This document shows, one piece after another, positions 38,579 to 48,514 of a DNA stretch of 64,000 nt. The notes beneath the pieces were generated by a model. That model did no database searches, was not told the DNA's origin, and was given only the letters and a program-made list of their open reading frames with translations. The translations under genes and the position numbers were made by a program. Location of the stretch: positions 832,001 through 896,000 of the forward strand of contig OZ251992.1 of NCBI GenBank assembly GCA_965246885.1, read 5' to 3'. Position 1 is the first letter of the stretch; each line of letters begins with the position of its first letter. The DNA is from Abditibacterium sp. (GTDB taxonomy: Bacteria; Armatimonadota; Abditibacteriia; Abditibacteriales; Abditibacteriaceae).

Positions 38579-39220
38579 TCACCACATCCACGCTTTGCGC
38601 TCCATCAGCATCTCGATAACCTCTTGCGAGGCCCGATGTCCCGGCGACAAAGTTGCCGCCATGCTCGCCTCGTGAAAGATGGTGTAGCCGTCACGGTCGT
38701 AAGCGTTCACGTCGGCGCCCGCTGCGATGAAAAACTTTGCCAGACGGGGCGAAACCAGATGGTAAGTCCCCGATGTTTCGACGGCTAACCGAAGCGGAGT
38801 TTGCCCCTGTGCGTCTCGCGCGTTGATGTCCGCGCCCAAGCGAACCAACTCTTGAGCGGCTTCGAGGGCATCCCACTCAATCGTGAAGTGAAGCGGAGTG
38901 AATAGCTCAGAAATGTGAATGGGCGGGCGCACAAATCTACTGCCATCCTTTAAAGGCGGCGCGTATACGAAAACGGTTCCCGGACAATGGGCATCCAAAT
39001 CGCCGCCCGCTTCCGCAAGCAGACGAATGAGGTTTGGCCGATTGAAAGAGGCGGCGCTATGGAGTGGTTTGAAGCCGTGCGCGTCGTCCACGTTTGGCGA
39101 AACACCTTCCGTCAACAAGCGCAATACGTCGCTTTCATCGTTCGCTTTGATAGCAGCGAAAAGCGCCAGAACATCGGGCGGCAAATCGGGAGCGGGCGGA
39201 TGGCGCGGCTTGCGGCTCAT
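38579..39220 (-). CDS. Ankyrin repeat protein
   Basis: KPLHSAA, TPLHFTI, GADINARDAQGQTPLRLA, GADVNAYD. Confidence 0.88.
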   Translation of the reverse strand: MSRKPRHPPAPDLPPDVLALFAAIKANDESDVLRLLTEGVSPNVDDAHGFKPLHSAASFNRPNLIRLLAEAGGDLDAHCPGTVFVYAPPLKDGSRFVRPPIHISELFTPLHFTIEWDALEAAQELVRLGADINARDAQGQTPLRLAVETSGTYHLVSPRLAKFFIAAGADVNAYDRDGYTIFHEASMAATLSPGHRASQEVIEMLMERKAWMW

Positions 39221-39424
39221 GTGGAAAGTGAACCAGAAACTGACGACGGGAGGAATCTGTCGCGCCCGTCGCTCGGTGGCAAATGGGCCGGAGCTACGAG
39301 GTTCCCTGTCGCCAAGGCTCCCCTCGGAATGACAGCGCGCGGCTCGGTTGGCAACGCCCTCCTCCCGACGCGACTGCCGCTTTCATCCGCGCGGCAAACC
39401 GGATAATTCGAGAGACTAACCGCC

Positions 39425-39607
39425 ATGCGCGAACTCCTTGGCAAAGCCATCTTAATCGGCATCTCGGCGGTGCTGGGCTTTTTCGTCGGCAACGAATTTT
39501 ATATGGTCGCCGGGTTTCCCTTTGCCTGCGCGCACCTCATTTCCCTGCTGACGACGGTTGGCATCGCGTGGTTTTTGCTGAGCGAAAGCAAGCCGCGTCG
39601 CCGTTGA
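39425..39607 (+). CDS. Small two-TM membrane protein
   Basis: 60 aa, two hydrophobic helices, basic C-terminus. Confidence 0.55.
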   Translation: MRELLGKAILIGISAVLGFFVGNEFYMVAGFPFACAHLISLLTTVGIAWFLLSESKPRRR

Positions 39608-39695
39608 GCGCCTAAGCCGCAATTGCTGCCATCCATCAAGAGAGGGCAACAACGTTATATTTGAATGGCGGGCCGACTTCCGCGCGGTTACTCCT

Positions 39696-41297
39696 TTGAT
39701 GAAGCACTCTTTTCTGCCCTTCGTGTTGTTGCTGGCGTCGTCCGCGTGGGCGAAGCCGGTTCTCGTGGAAGTGGCTCCCGCCGAGGGGGGCGCGTATGTG
39801 GCGCCGGACAGCGTGTTCGCGCGGGAAATCGTGAAGTTGAACGCGGCGGTGGCGGCCAATCCCCAAGACGGTTTTTCGCTTGCGTGGCGCGCGGTGCAGT
39901 GGGCCAAGTGCAACGAGATATTTCGGCGCAGTGGCCCGCAAGACGCGCCGGTCTACACGCCAGACGCCGCGTTTTGGGAGGCCCACATGAACGCGGATAT
40001 TGAACAGGCGGCGGCGGTCGCGCCCACTAATCCGCTCTCGTTTTCGGTGGCGGCGATGGCGTATCAAATTGCGGCGGCGCGCGAGATACGCGCAAGCGTC
40101 GAAGACCCGCACCCGGCACCCGAAGCGGCGCGGTTGCGGCAAAAACTGGCACTTTACGACCGGAAACTGGAAGCGGTGTGGGCTACGGACACCAAATTGG
40201 GCGACCGCAACGTGGCGGGCGTGCGGTGTTGGTGGTTGTTGAAATACGTCGAGCAGACCGCGCAAGAAGCGTCGCAAGAGCAGACTTTCGCGCTACTGGG
40301 CGCCATAAACGCGGCGCAAAAGAGCGCGCCGGATGACCCGATGGCAGCGCTGTGTCGCGGCATCGGACTCGTGACGTGGGGCACTACGCCCGCCATTCGC
40401 GCCGCCGCCGCGCCCGAAATTGAGACCACCATCGCGGCTTTCGCCGCCAAAGACCCGCAGCAGACCTTCGACAACCTGTGCCGCATTGGGCGGCTGTTGA
40501 GCCTGCACAACCACGAGGCCGCCATGCGTTGGCTGATTCGGGCCAACGGCATCGCGGGCGCCAAGCCAACCGCCGACAGCCTGTTGCTCGCTTACGAACT
40601 CGGCCCGACGCCAGAGGAGTTAACCGCCAAAAAAGCCTCGGCTATCGAGAAGTTCGTGTTCGGGCTGTCGCCGTATTTCGAGCCGTCGCCCCTGCGTTCG
40701 CAGAGATTGAATTTGCTCGAACGGTTGGCGAGTTGGAAGGCGGGCAAAGGTGACTTCAAGGGCGCGTTCGAGGCGCGGCAAGCGGCGTGTTTGGGGGGCG
40801 GCAAACTCGGAAACTGGGCCGAAGCGGGCGACATGCAATACCACTTGCACGACTATCGCGCCGCCGCCAACTACTACGAGACCTTCGCGCTCGACAGCCC
40901 GAAGTGCGTCGCGGGGCGCGGCATCGAACTGGACATCGGCTTCGTGTTGGCGATGGGCGACGGCACTAAAGCCGAAACAGACGCCTATCTCGCCGCCATT
41001 GGCAACTACGAGGGGAGTGTCCTCAAGAATCACGGGGATCTCGTGGCATGGCAAGAAGCGCAACTCGAAGAGGGAGACTGGGGCTACAAGAACCCGACTT
41101 TGCAAAGTGTGGCGGCGGCCATTGACGCCCATTTAAAGGAAGCGCCTTACGCTGCGCTTTATCCCGACACGCCGCTTCGCGCGCGCGTGTCGGATGAGCG
41201 CGACCACTTCCGCCAATACGCGCCGCGCATCCCGGCGGACGCCGGAATGGGCGTTTTCATCGTGCGCCGGACGCCCCAAACGCCGGGGCGGGCGTGA
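39696..41297 (+). CDS. Secreted helical/TPR-like hypothetical protein
   Basis: Signal peptide SAWA-K; Ala-rich helical repeats. Confidence 0.65.
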   Translation: MMKHSFLPFVLLLASSAWAKPVLVEVAPAEGGAYVAPDSVFAREIVKLNAAVAANPQDGFSLAWRAVQWAKCNEIFRRSGPQDAPVYTPDAAFWEAHMNADIEQAAAVAPTNPLSFSVAAMAYQIAAAREIRASVEDPHPAPEAARLRQKLALYDRKLEAVWATDTKLGDRNVAGVRCWWLLKYVEQTAQEASQEQTFALLGAINAAQKSAPDDPMAALCRGIGLVTWGTTPAIRAAAAPEIETTIAAFAAKDPQQTFDNLCRIGRLLSLHNHEAAMRWLIRANGIAGAKPTADSLLLAYELGPTPEELTAKKASAIEKFVFGLSPYFEPSPLRSQRLNLLERLASWKAGKGDFKGAFEARQAACLGGGKLGNWAEAGDMQYHLHDYRAAANYYETFALDSPKCVAGRGIELDIGFVLAMGDGTKAETDAYLAAIGNYEGSVLKNHGDLVAWQEAQLEEGDWGYKNPTLQSVAAAIDAHLKEAPYAALYPDTPLRARVSDERDHFRQYAPRIPADAGMGVFIVRRTPQTPGRA

Positions 41298-41324
41298 GGC
41301 GCGGCGGCGCAAATAGAACAACCG

Positions 41325-41744
41325 ATGAAAATTTTAGCCGAGCGCGAGGACGTTTTGGGGTTTGTGCGCGAGTGGATTAACCTGCTGGCGGAGCAGAAAT
41401 TCGAGGAGGCGTTCGAGGCGTTGATGCCTTCCAATTGGGGCTTCTCGCCGCAAATTCTCCAACAACTGACGGCGAATTATGGGCAGTTGGAGCCGAGACC
41501 CGATGGTTTGACTTTTCGGGTCACGCCTCCAGAGTCGGCCATTTGTCCCGAAGGCCGCGCGAAGCCTCATCAAGATGTCAAATGGGATGAGAGAACCTTT
41601 GTGCGCGAAAAGAGTGTGGTTGTGGGCGATGTTCACTTCGACTTGCCGCTTAATGGCGAGTGGAGCGACCTGCCGGCGGTGTTTTTCATTCATGCCGTCG
41701 AGGGCGGATACGCGTTGGAATTGGAGCGAATCGAAGTTTTGTGA
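41325..41744 (+). CDS. Hypothetical acidic protein (immunity-protein-like)
   Basis: FVREWINLLAEQKFEEAF ... HFDLPLNGEWSDL. Confidence 0.6.
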   Translation: MKILAEREDVLGFVREWINLLAEQKFEEAFEALMPSNWGFSPQILQQLTANYGQLEPRPDGLTFRVTPPESAICPEGRAKPHQDVKWDERTFVREKSVVVGDVHFDLPLNGEWSDLPAVFFIHAVEGGYALELERIEVL

Positions 41745-41807
41745 GTGGGCATGAACAGAGAGTTCGGCAGAAAATGCCAAAATGCGGCCCGTTTAGGCGT
41801 TTTTCGG

Positions 41808-41836
41808 TTGCGCCGCGCGGGTGTGGGTGCTAAAAT
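41808..41836 (+). promoter_or_regulatory. Sigma70-type promoter for rpsA
   Basis: TTGCGC-17 bp-TAAAAT with extended TGn. Confidence 0.6.
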
Positions 41837-41964
41837 TCCAGAGGTTTTCCCCGTTTTTGCCCCCAAGGTCGTCGTTTGTCTTCTTTTAGAAGGGTTGCGT
41901 GCGGGCGGAGGAAATCGAAGTCCCACAAAGTCGCGCTCTTTCGGGGCGCGCAACCCAAGGAGCT

Positions 41965-43806
41965 ATGGCGGTGGACAACACCCAGACCAACGACACGACC
42001 GTGCAGACCACGGAACAACCGACCGAAAACGGCGCGCAACTCAATGCGCCCATTCTCGAAAACACCGGCTCGCCTATGGTAGCCGAAATGACCCACGACC
42101 AAACCGGCATCGAAGAGGCCTCGCTCGCGCCCGCAACGGACGACACTCAAGCCGTTTCGACTTCCCTCGACGAAGCGCCGACTGAGCCGTCCGAAATGCC
42201 GACCGCGTCCACCGAATCCGCAACGGGCGACATCGCGCCGCAAGGCCTGAGCGCGCCCGCGCCCGAAATGGCCCAAAGCGCGCCCGCGATGGAAGCCGAG
42301 TCGGAAGCGGCGTCGGCCATTGTGCCGCCGTCCGAGCCGACCCCGGCGCCCGCCCAACCGTCCGCGCCCGCTCCTCAACAGGGCGGCAACACGCGCGGTC
42401 GCCAGCCTTCGATGGCGCAGGTGATGAACTCCGACTCCGACGAGTTCGCGGCCTACATGAGCGGCGCCGACCAGTTGCAGCGCAACGCGCCCATCAAGGG
42501 CACGGTCGTCCGTTTGGAAGATAACGGCTCGGTTCTGGTGGACATCGGCTCGAAATCTGAGGGCGTCATCCCGCGCTCCGAACTGGGCGACGACGAAATC
42601 AACGTCGGCGACGAGATCGAGTGCGTGGTTCTTAAAAGCGAAGACGACGAGGGCCACCCGGTGCTGTCCAAGCGCCGCGCCGATTTCGAGCGCCAAAAGC
42701 GCGACATCGTGGCGGCCAAAGAGTCGGGGCAGATCATCGAAGCGACCGTTAAAGAAGCCGTCAAAGGCGGACTTATCGTGGACTTGGGCGTGTCGGCGTT
42801 TATTCCGGCCTCGCACGTTGACCAGCGCGTGCGCGGTCAAATGGAGCGGCTCATCGGCCAAGTTCTGCCGGTCAAGGTCATCGAAGTTGACTTCAAAAAG
42901 AACCGCGACAAAGTCATCGCTTCGCACCGCTTGGCCGCCGAAGAAGACCGCGCCGCCCGCGAAAACGAGGCGTGGGCCAACATCGAGAAGGACAAGATCG
43001 TCGAGGGCATCGTGCGCCGCATCACCGATTTCGGCGCCTTCATTGACCTTGGCGGCGTGGACGGCTTGCTCCATGTGCGCGAGATGGCGTGGGGCCGCGT
43101 CGAGCATCCCTCGAACGTCGTGAAGAAAGGCCAGAAGCTACAGGTCTTGGTTCTCGATGTCAACGAGGAAACGCAGCGCATCGCGCTTGGCCTCAAGCAA
43201 CTGTTGCCCGATCCTTGGAAGAAGGCGGCGAAGAACTACCGCGTCGGCCAGACCGTGACCGGAAAAGTCATGCGCCTCGCGCCAACGGTGGCCTTTGTCG
43301 AAATCGAGCCGGGCATCGAAGCGATTCTGCCGGTTTCGGAAATCGCCGAAGAGCGCATCCGCGAACCGGGCGACGTGCTGACGGTTGGGCAGGAAGTCGA
43401 GGGCCGTTTGAAGAGCATTCAAACGAATCAGCGCCGCATCACGATGAGCCTGCGCGCCGCCGTGCAAGAGCGCGAGCGCCGCGAAGAGCGCACCGTCATG
43501 CGCGAAGTCAACACCCGCGCCGACTCGGATGGCCCGCTCCGCTTGGGCGACCTGTTCGGCAAGGAACTGCGCGCTATGCGAAACCGCCAACGCGACGTCA
43601 TCGGCGCCGCCCCCGGCACCGACGAAGCCCCCGCCCAACCCGACGAAGAGGAAACCACCCTCAACGCCGCCGGACAGGAGGCCCCCGTCGCCGAAGTCGA
43701 GGCAGAAACTGCCGCGCCGATGGAAGCGGAAGCTGCGCCAACGGGAATCGAAGCCGCGCCAACGGAACCGGAAGCCGCTCCCGCCCATGCGGAAGCGAGC
43801 GAGTGA
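41965..43806 (+). CDS. rpsA: 30S ribosomal protein S1 (4 S1 domains) with long acidic extensions
   Basis: AAGGAG SD; LVDIGSKSEGVIP, VKGGLIVDLG..FIPAS, ITDFGAFIDLGGVDGLLH, LGLKQLLPDPW. Confidence 0.93.
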   Translation: MAVDNTQTNDTTVQTTEQPTENGAQLNAPILENTGSPMVAEMTHDQTGIEEASLAPATDDTQAVSTSLDEAPTEPSEMPTASTESATGDIAPQGLSAPAPEMAQSAPAMEAESEAASAIVPPSEPTPAPAQPSAPAPQQGGNTRGRQPSMAQVMNSDSDEFAAYMSGADQLQRNAPIKGTVVRLEDNGSVLVDIGSKSEGVIPRSELGDDEINVGDEIECVVLKSEDDEGHPVLSKRRADFERQKRDIVAAKESGQIIEATVKEAVKGGLIVDLGVSAFIPASHVDQRVRGQMERLIGQVLPVKVIEVDFKKNRDKVIASHRLAAEEDRAARENEAWANIEKDKIVEGIVRRITDFGAFIDLGGVDGLLHVREMAWGRVEHPSNVVKKGQKLQVLVLDVNEETQRIALGLKQLLPDPWKKAAKNYRVGQTVTGKVMRLAPTVAFVEIEPGIEAILPVSEIAEERIREPGDVLTVGQEVEGRLKSIQTNQRRITMSLRAAVQERERREERTVMREVNTRADSDGPLRLGDLFGKELRAMRNRQRDVIGAAPGTDEAPAQPDEEETTLNAAGQEAPVAEVEAETAAPMEAEAAPTGIEAAPTEPEAAPAHAEASE

Positions 43807-43813
43807 GAATGAG

Positions 43814-43842
43814 GACGGACGCCCGCAAGGGCGTCCGTTTTT
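43814..43842 (+). terminator. Intrinsic terminator
   Basis: GACGGACGCCC-GCAA-GGGCGTCCGTTTT. Confidence 0.85.
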
Positions 43843-43877
43843 GGTTCCGCCTCGATTGGGAGGTTTGCCCGCTCCAC

Positions 43878-44192
43878 ATGAACAGCAAAGATGCTCTCTA
43901 TCAGAGCGCCATTGATGAAGAGAAGCTGCGTTTGATGGCTCTTCCCACAGAGGAACTCCTCGCTCTGGAATCTCTCAGTTGGGACACAGTTCAGCGAGGC
44001 AATGTGTCTATCCACTACGGCCTATGGCATGAATCACCGGGCTATCGGGGAGAGGATGTCCATTCGTTCATCCTTCAGGCGTCACGCAAAGTGTTCTTGA
44101 TTTTCTATAGAAACTATCTCGCCGGGTTTTCCATTAACGAGGGCGGCGAAGTTATCCCCATCTCCGATTCGACGCTGTTTTCCTACGATTAA
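43878..44192 (+). CDS. Hypothetical protein, atypical composition
   Basis: GGGAGG upstream; MNSKDALYQ..., 104 aa; visibly more AT-rich than neighbours. Confidence 0.6.
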   Translation: MNSKDALYQSAIDEEKLRLMALPTEELLALESLSWDTVQRGNVSIHYGLWHESPGYRGEDVHSFILQASRKVFLIFYRNYLAGFSINEGGEVIPISDSTLFSYD

Positions 44193-44213
44193 CTTTGCTT
44201 TGAACTATCCGCC

Positions 44214-44429
44214 ATGACACCCGAACTCAAAGCCATCGTAGAGGCGCAAGACGCGAAATTGGCAGCTTACAGTGCGAAGCGAAGAGCTGAAACGGCTGAA
44301 ATAGAAGCCAAAGCCAAGCGGTTGGAGGCGTTGGCTGCCGAGGCTCAGAAGGTCGCCGAGCAGATGATGCAATTGCGCGAGCAGGTGCGGCGCATTGAGG
44401 CGGAAAGAGATCTTTTGTTGGCGGCATGA
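44214..44429 (+). CDS. Small coiled-coil protein
   Basis: Ala/Glu/Lys-rich heptads; ATGA overlap with HNH gene. Confidence 0.65.
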   Translation: MTPELKAIVEAQDAKLAAYSAKRRAETAEIEAKAKRLEALAAEAQKVAEQMMQLREQVRRIEAERDLLLAA

Positions 44430-44878
44430 CGCGCGAACAACACGCCGCCTTGCGGCAACGCTTCGGCTTTGCGTGTGCCTACTGCGGCACGACGGAAACG
44501 GGTGTTGGCGCTCCATTGACGGTTGACCACTTCCAGCCAACCTCGCGCGGCGGTTTGGATGACGAGAGCAACTGGATTTACTGTTGTTCCGCTTGCAATG
44601 GCTACAAAGCCGCGTTTTGGGATGCGGTATCCGATGAGGGTTTGTTGAATCCATTGCGCGACGATATTTCGCAGCATATTGAGGAGAGGGACGGGCTTCT
44701 CCATAGCATCACTGTGCGTGGCGAGCGACACATTGAGCGGCTGCACCTCAACCGCGAACAGCTTGTTGGTCAGCGTCAAGACAACGTGGCGCGGGCGCGG
44801 GCCGACGAACGCTTGCGTCTCGCTGAAGCAGACTTGCAACGTGCGCTGGAACTTCAAGAGGAAGTTAAGAGAGAATAG
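44426..44878 (+). CDS. HNH endonuclease
   Basis: [28 protein letters not shown]. Confidence 0.9.
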   Translation: MTREQHAALRQRFGFACAYCGTTETGVGAPLTVDHFQPTSRGGLDDESNWIYCCSACNGYKAAFWDAVSDEGLLNPLRDDISQHIEERDGLLHSITVRGERHIERLHLNREQLVGQRQDNVARARADERLRLAEADLQRALELQEEVKRE

Positions 44879-44900
44879 AGCGACGCGCGACCTCCCCGCA

Positions 44901-44929
44901 TTGCGCGGCTCCTTCCCGCGTGTTATAAT
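44901..44929 (+). promoter_or_regulatory. Sigma70-type promoter for rpsL-rpsG
   Basis: TTGCGC-17 bp-TATAAT with extended TGn. Confidence 0.75.
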
Positions 44930-45029
44930 TCCCAAGGTTTTCCGAATGGCCCGCGTTGGCCCGACGGGAAAGAACTGCGCCTCTGTCGGGCGCTTTTTCA
45001 TTCTTCCACCCACTCGCAAGAGTTTTCGT

Positions 45030-45476
45030 ATGCCTACCATTTCGCAACTGATCCGCAAAGGCCGCAAGCCCGCGCCGAAAAAATCGACCACTGCGGCGTT
45101 CAAAGAAGCCTATAACGGCGTTCAGGGCGCGCCGACGCAAAACGTGGCGGCGCCGCTTATGCGCGGCGTGTGCCTCCAAGTCAAGACCGACAAGCCGAAG
45201 AAACCCAACTCGGCCCTGCGCGCCAAAGCCCGCATCCGCTTGTCGAACAAGAAAGAAATCACCGCCTACATCCCCGGCGAAAAGCACAACTTGCAGGAAC
45301 ACTCGGTTGTCCTCGTGCGCGGCGGGCGCGTCAAGGATATGCCCGGTATCAAATACAAGATCGTGCGCGGCGCCCTCGACTGCGCGGGTGTCGCCAACCG
45401 CAAACGCTCCCGCTCGAAATACGGCGCCAAGCGCCCCAAAGCGGGCGCGGCGGCTCCGACGGGAAAGAAAAAGTAG
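45030..45476 (+). CDS. rpsL: 30S ribosomal protein S12
   Basis: [49 protein letters not shown]. Confidence 0.97.
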   Translation: MPTISQLIRKGRKPAPKKSTTAAFKEAYNGVQGAPTQNVAAPLMRGVCLQVKTDKPKKPNSALRAKARIRLSNKKEITAYIPGEKHNLQEHSVVLVRGGRVKDMPGIKYKIVRGALDCAGVANRKRSRSKYGAKRPKAGAAAPTGKKK

Positions 45477-45481
45477 TCGTC

Positions 45482-46031
<550 letters not shown>

Positions 46032-46051
46032 ATCCGGGCCTGCCCCAACAC

Positions 46052-46086
46052 AAAGCGCGCCGATTAAGAAAGTCGGCGCGCTTTTT
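46052..46086 (+). terminator. Intrinsic terminator after rpsG
   Basis: AAAGCGCGCCGA..TCGGCGCGCTTTTT. Confidence 0.8.
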
Positions 46087-46115
46087 CGTGCGTCTACTCC
46101 TCTGCCCACGTCGCA

Positions 46116-46631
46116 ATGAACGCCACGTTTTACGAAGCCCTCGAACTTTTGCCCGACGCCTCGCCCGAACAGATAAAAGTTTCCTACCGCGCGTTGGCGA
46201 AGCAGTGGCACCCCGACTGCCATCCCGCAGAAGCCGACAAGCTCGCGGCCCACGAAAAGATGCAGGTGATGAACCTCGCTTATGAAACCCTCAAAGACCC
46301 CGCGAGGCGCCGCGATTACGATGCGCAGTTGCGCGCCAAGGGCATCCGCCCTCGCCGCGCGCGCACCGCGACCCCCGGCAAGCGCGCCGCGCCCGAAGTG
46401 CGCCAAGCCGTCCTCAGTCTGGCGCGCTCCTACTTCGAGAACCTCGTCGCCAAGCACCCCAACTGCACGGTCGCCGTCGAAGGCGCGCTGCGAATGGAGC
46501 TTGGCCGCCGCAAAACTTTCGTCGCCCGCCTCGTCGGGGAAGGCCATGACGAAGAGCAGGCGTTGTGGGAGTGGGCCTACCAAATGAAGCGCGTCGCCGA
46601 CAAAATGGATCCCGACATCCCGCGTCGGTAG
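46116..46631 (+). CDS. J-domain (DnaJ N-terminal) protein
   Basis: FYEALEL..IKVSYRALAKQWHPD..AYETLKDPARRRDYD. Confidence 0.88.
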   Translation: MNATFYEALELLPDASPEQIKVSYRALAKQWHPDCHPAEADKLAAHEKMQVMNLAYETLKDPARRRDYDAQLRAKGIRPRRARTATPGKRAAPEVRQAVLSLARSYFENLVAKHPNCTVAVEGALRMELGRRKTFVARLVGEGHDEEQALWEWAYQMKRVADKMDPDIPRR

Positions 46632-46655
46632 AGGGTCGCGCGTCAAACTAAGAGC

Positions 46656-47231
46656 ATGAGCGCCCAACGACAGCACGCTCTCTTCACCGAAGCGGAGTAT
46701 TACTACGAGGAAGACCACTTTCTAATCAAACGCGAGTTCTATCGCGGGGAAGTAATCGCGATGGCTGGCACGACCGGCAAACACAACGACATTGCAGTCA
46801 ACATCGTCGGCTCTTTTTCGTCCCAACTACGCGGCAAGCCGTGCCGCGCCCGAATGAGCGACCAGCGCATCCGTGTCGAAGCGAATAGCCTCATCACCTA
46901 CCCCGATGTGGCTGTCGTGTGCCCGCCCTTCCGCTTCGACCCGCAGAACAAAATCACGCTCTTGGGTGCGACGGTGATTGTCGAGGTGCTGTCCGATTCC
47001 ACGCGCGCTTACGACCAAGGCAAGAAGTTCGAGTTAGTGCGCGAGTTGCCGTCGCTGCGCCACTACCTGTTGGTTGAGCCGGATGAAATCCACATCGAGC
47101 ACCGCTTTCGCGCGGAAGAAGGGGACTGGCAAACGGAAGTGTTCACGTCGTTGGATGGCGTCGTTAGTCTTGGGGCCATCGCCGCGATGCTTCGCGTCGC
47201 GGGAGTTTACGAGGAAATCAAGGGGCTTTAA
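46656..47231 (+). CDS. Uma2 family PD-(D/E)XK endonuclease
   Basis: GEVIAMAG, YPDVAVVC, IVEVLSDST..YD.GKK, YLLVE. Confidence 0.9.
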   Translation: MSAQRQHALFTEAEYYYEEDHFLIKREFYRGEVIAMAGTTGKHNDIAVNIVGSFSSQLRGKPCRARMSDQRIRVEANSLITYPDVAVVCPPFRFDPQNKITLLGATVIVEVLSDSTRAYDQGKKFELVRELPSLRHYLLVEPDEIHIEHRFRAEEGDWQTEVFTSLDGVVSLGAIAAMLRVAGVYEEIKGL

Positions 47232-47245
47232 AGGGGCGGCGCGTC

Positions 47246-48181
47246 CTATTTCGCCGAAAGAATCGTAATCCCCGACACGAGCAAGACCCACAACAGCGCG
47301 TTAATGAGCATCGGCTTGTCGCGCAGCATCTGCTCCGGCTCGCCGCCGACGGGCGACGAATGGGCCAACACTAAAAAGCGGAAGACGCCATACAGCACGA
47401 AGGGGATGGACAGCATCAGGCTCGGCGTTTGGCCGAACTGCGGCCCCAGCGCCTTGGCTTGCGGCGCGTTGAAGGTGTAGAGCGAGTAGGAGATAATGGT
47501 CAGCCCCGCCGTCACCGCGATGAAGGTGTCGAGCATCGGCACGGAGTAGCCCTTGAGCACCTTGCGCGTTGTGCCCGACTCTCCCACTTCCAATAGTTCC
47601 GCGCGCCGCTTGTTGAGCGCCACGAACAGCGCGAGGTTGAAGGTGCAGAACAAAATCCAAGGCGAAATCGCCACCGGCACGGCCAAACACCCCGCCACCA
47701 CGCGCACCAAGAAACCTGCCGCCACGCATAGCACGTCTATGATGACCTCGTGCTTGAGCCGCAGCGAATACGCGAGCGTTTGCACGAAGTAGAATGCCGC
47801 CGCGCCGCTAAAGCCCCACGTCCACACCCCCATCTCCCTTCCCGAAAAGCCCACCGCCGCCGCCAGAATCACCGCCGACACCAGTAGTGCAACGAGCAGC
47901 ACCGCCGCGCCGCTTTTCGAGATGCGCCCCGACGCGAGTGGGCGGTTGCGCTTGGTCGGATGGGCGCGGTCGCGCTCGATGTCTACCCAATCGTTAATCA
48001 GATAGGCCGCGCCCGACAGCGCGCAAAAACACGCGAACGCCATCAAAACGCGCAATGCATCCGGCACCAAAAGCGCGGGGGGTTCATGCAACCGTCCGGC
48101 GAAAATAAAGCCGCCAAACAGCAGCCCATTTTTGGCCCATTGGCGCGTCCGCACGGCGCGCAAAATATCTTTGAAAGTCAC
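47246..48181 (-). CDS. UbiA family prenyltransferase (decaprenyl-phosphate phosphoribosyltransferase-like)
   Basis: RQWAKN, YLINDWVDIERDRAHPTKRNRPLASG, YSLRLKH, KRRAEL. Confidence 0.9.
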   Translation of the reverse strand: MTFKDILRAVRTRQWAKNGLLFGGFIFAGRLHEPPALLVPDALRVLMAFACFCALSGAAYLINDWVDIERDRAHPTKRNRPLASGRISKSGAAVLLVALLVSAVILAAAVGFSGREMGVWTWGFSGAAAFYFVQTLAYSLRLKHEVIIDVLCVAAGFLVRVVAGCLAVPVAISPWILFCTFNLALFVALNKRRAELLEVGESGTTRKVLKGYSVPMLDTFIAVTAGLTIISYSLYTFNAPQAKALGPQFGQTPSLMLSIPFVLYGVFRFLVLAHSSPVGGEPEQMLRDKPMLINALLWVLLVSGITILSAK

Positions 48182-48303
48182 GAGGTGCCCGCAGTTTGGC
48201 AAAACCGTCCGAGGAAGAGGGAAACACGAAACTGCAAAGCCTACTCGCTCCGGCGCTTGCAACCCAAGACGCCGAATAATTAGGGGGCGCGGCAACGCGA
48301 CGG

Positions 48304-48514
48304 GCTAATTCTCCGGCTGACACACCTAATTGCTCGAAAGAATTAGCTAAATAAAAGGGAAATTAGGTGACCCAATCAAAGAACCAAGCGCCGGAGTCGA
48401 AGAATTAGATGTGTCAGTCGTCCAGAGAGGTGTGTCAGTCGTCGAAAGAGGTGTGTCAGCCGTCGAAAGAGGTGTGTCAGTCGTCGAAAGAGGTGTGTCA
48501 TCTGGAGAATTAGC
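48304..48514. repeat. 211-bp element with 24-bp terminal inverted repeats and internal 5 x 21-bp array (MITE-like)
   Basis: GCTAATTCTCCGGCTGACACACCT (48304-48327) vs AGGTGTGTCATCTGGAGAATTAGC (48491-48514), 22/24 complementary; units GGTGTGTCAGTCGTCGAAAGA at 48408-48512. Confidence 0.8.

Noticed and set aside
41830..43107. Long antisense ORFs opposite rpsA, and similar ones opposite polX, the kinase, OmpM and GGDEF genes
   Set aside because: Shadow frames from high GC and codon bias; no recognisable motifs
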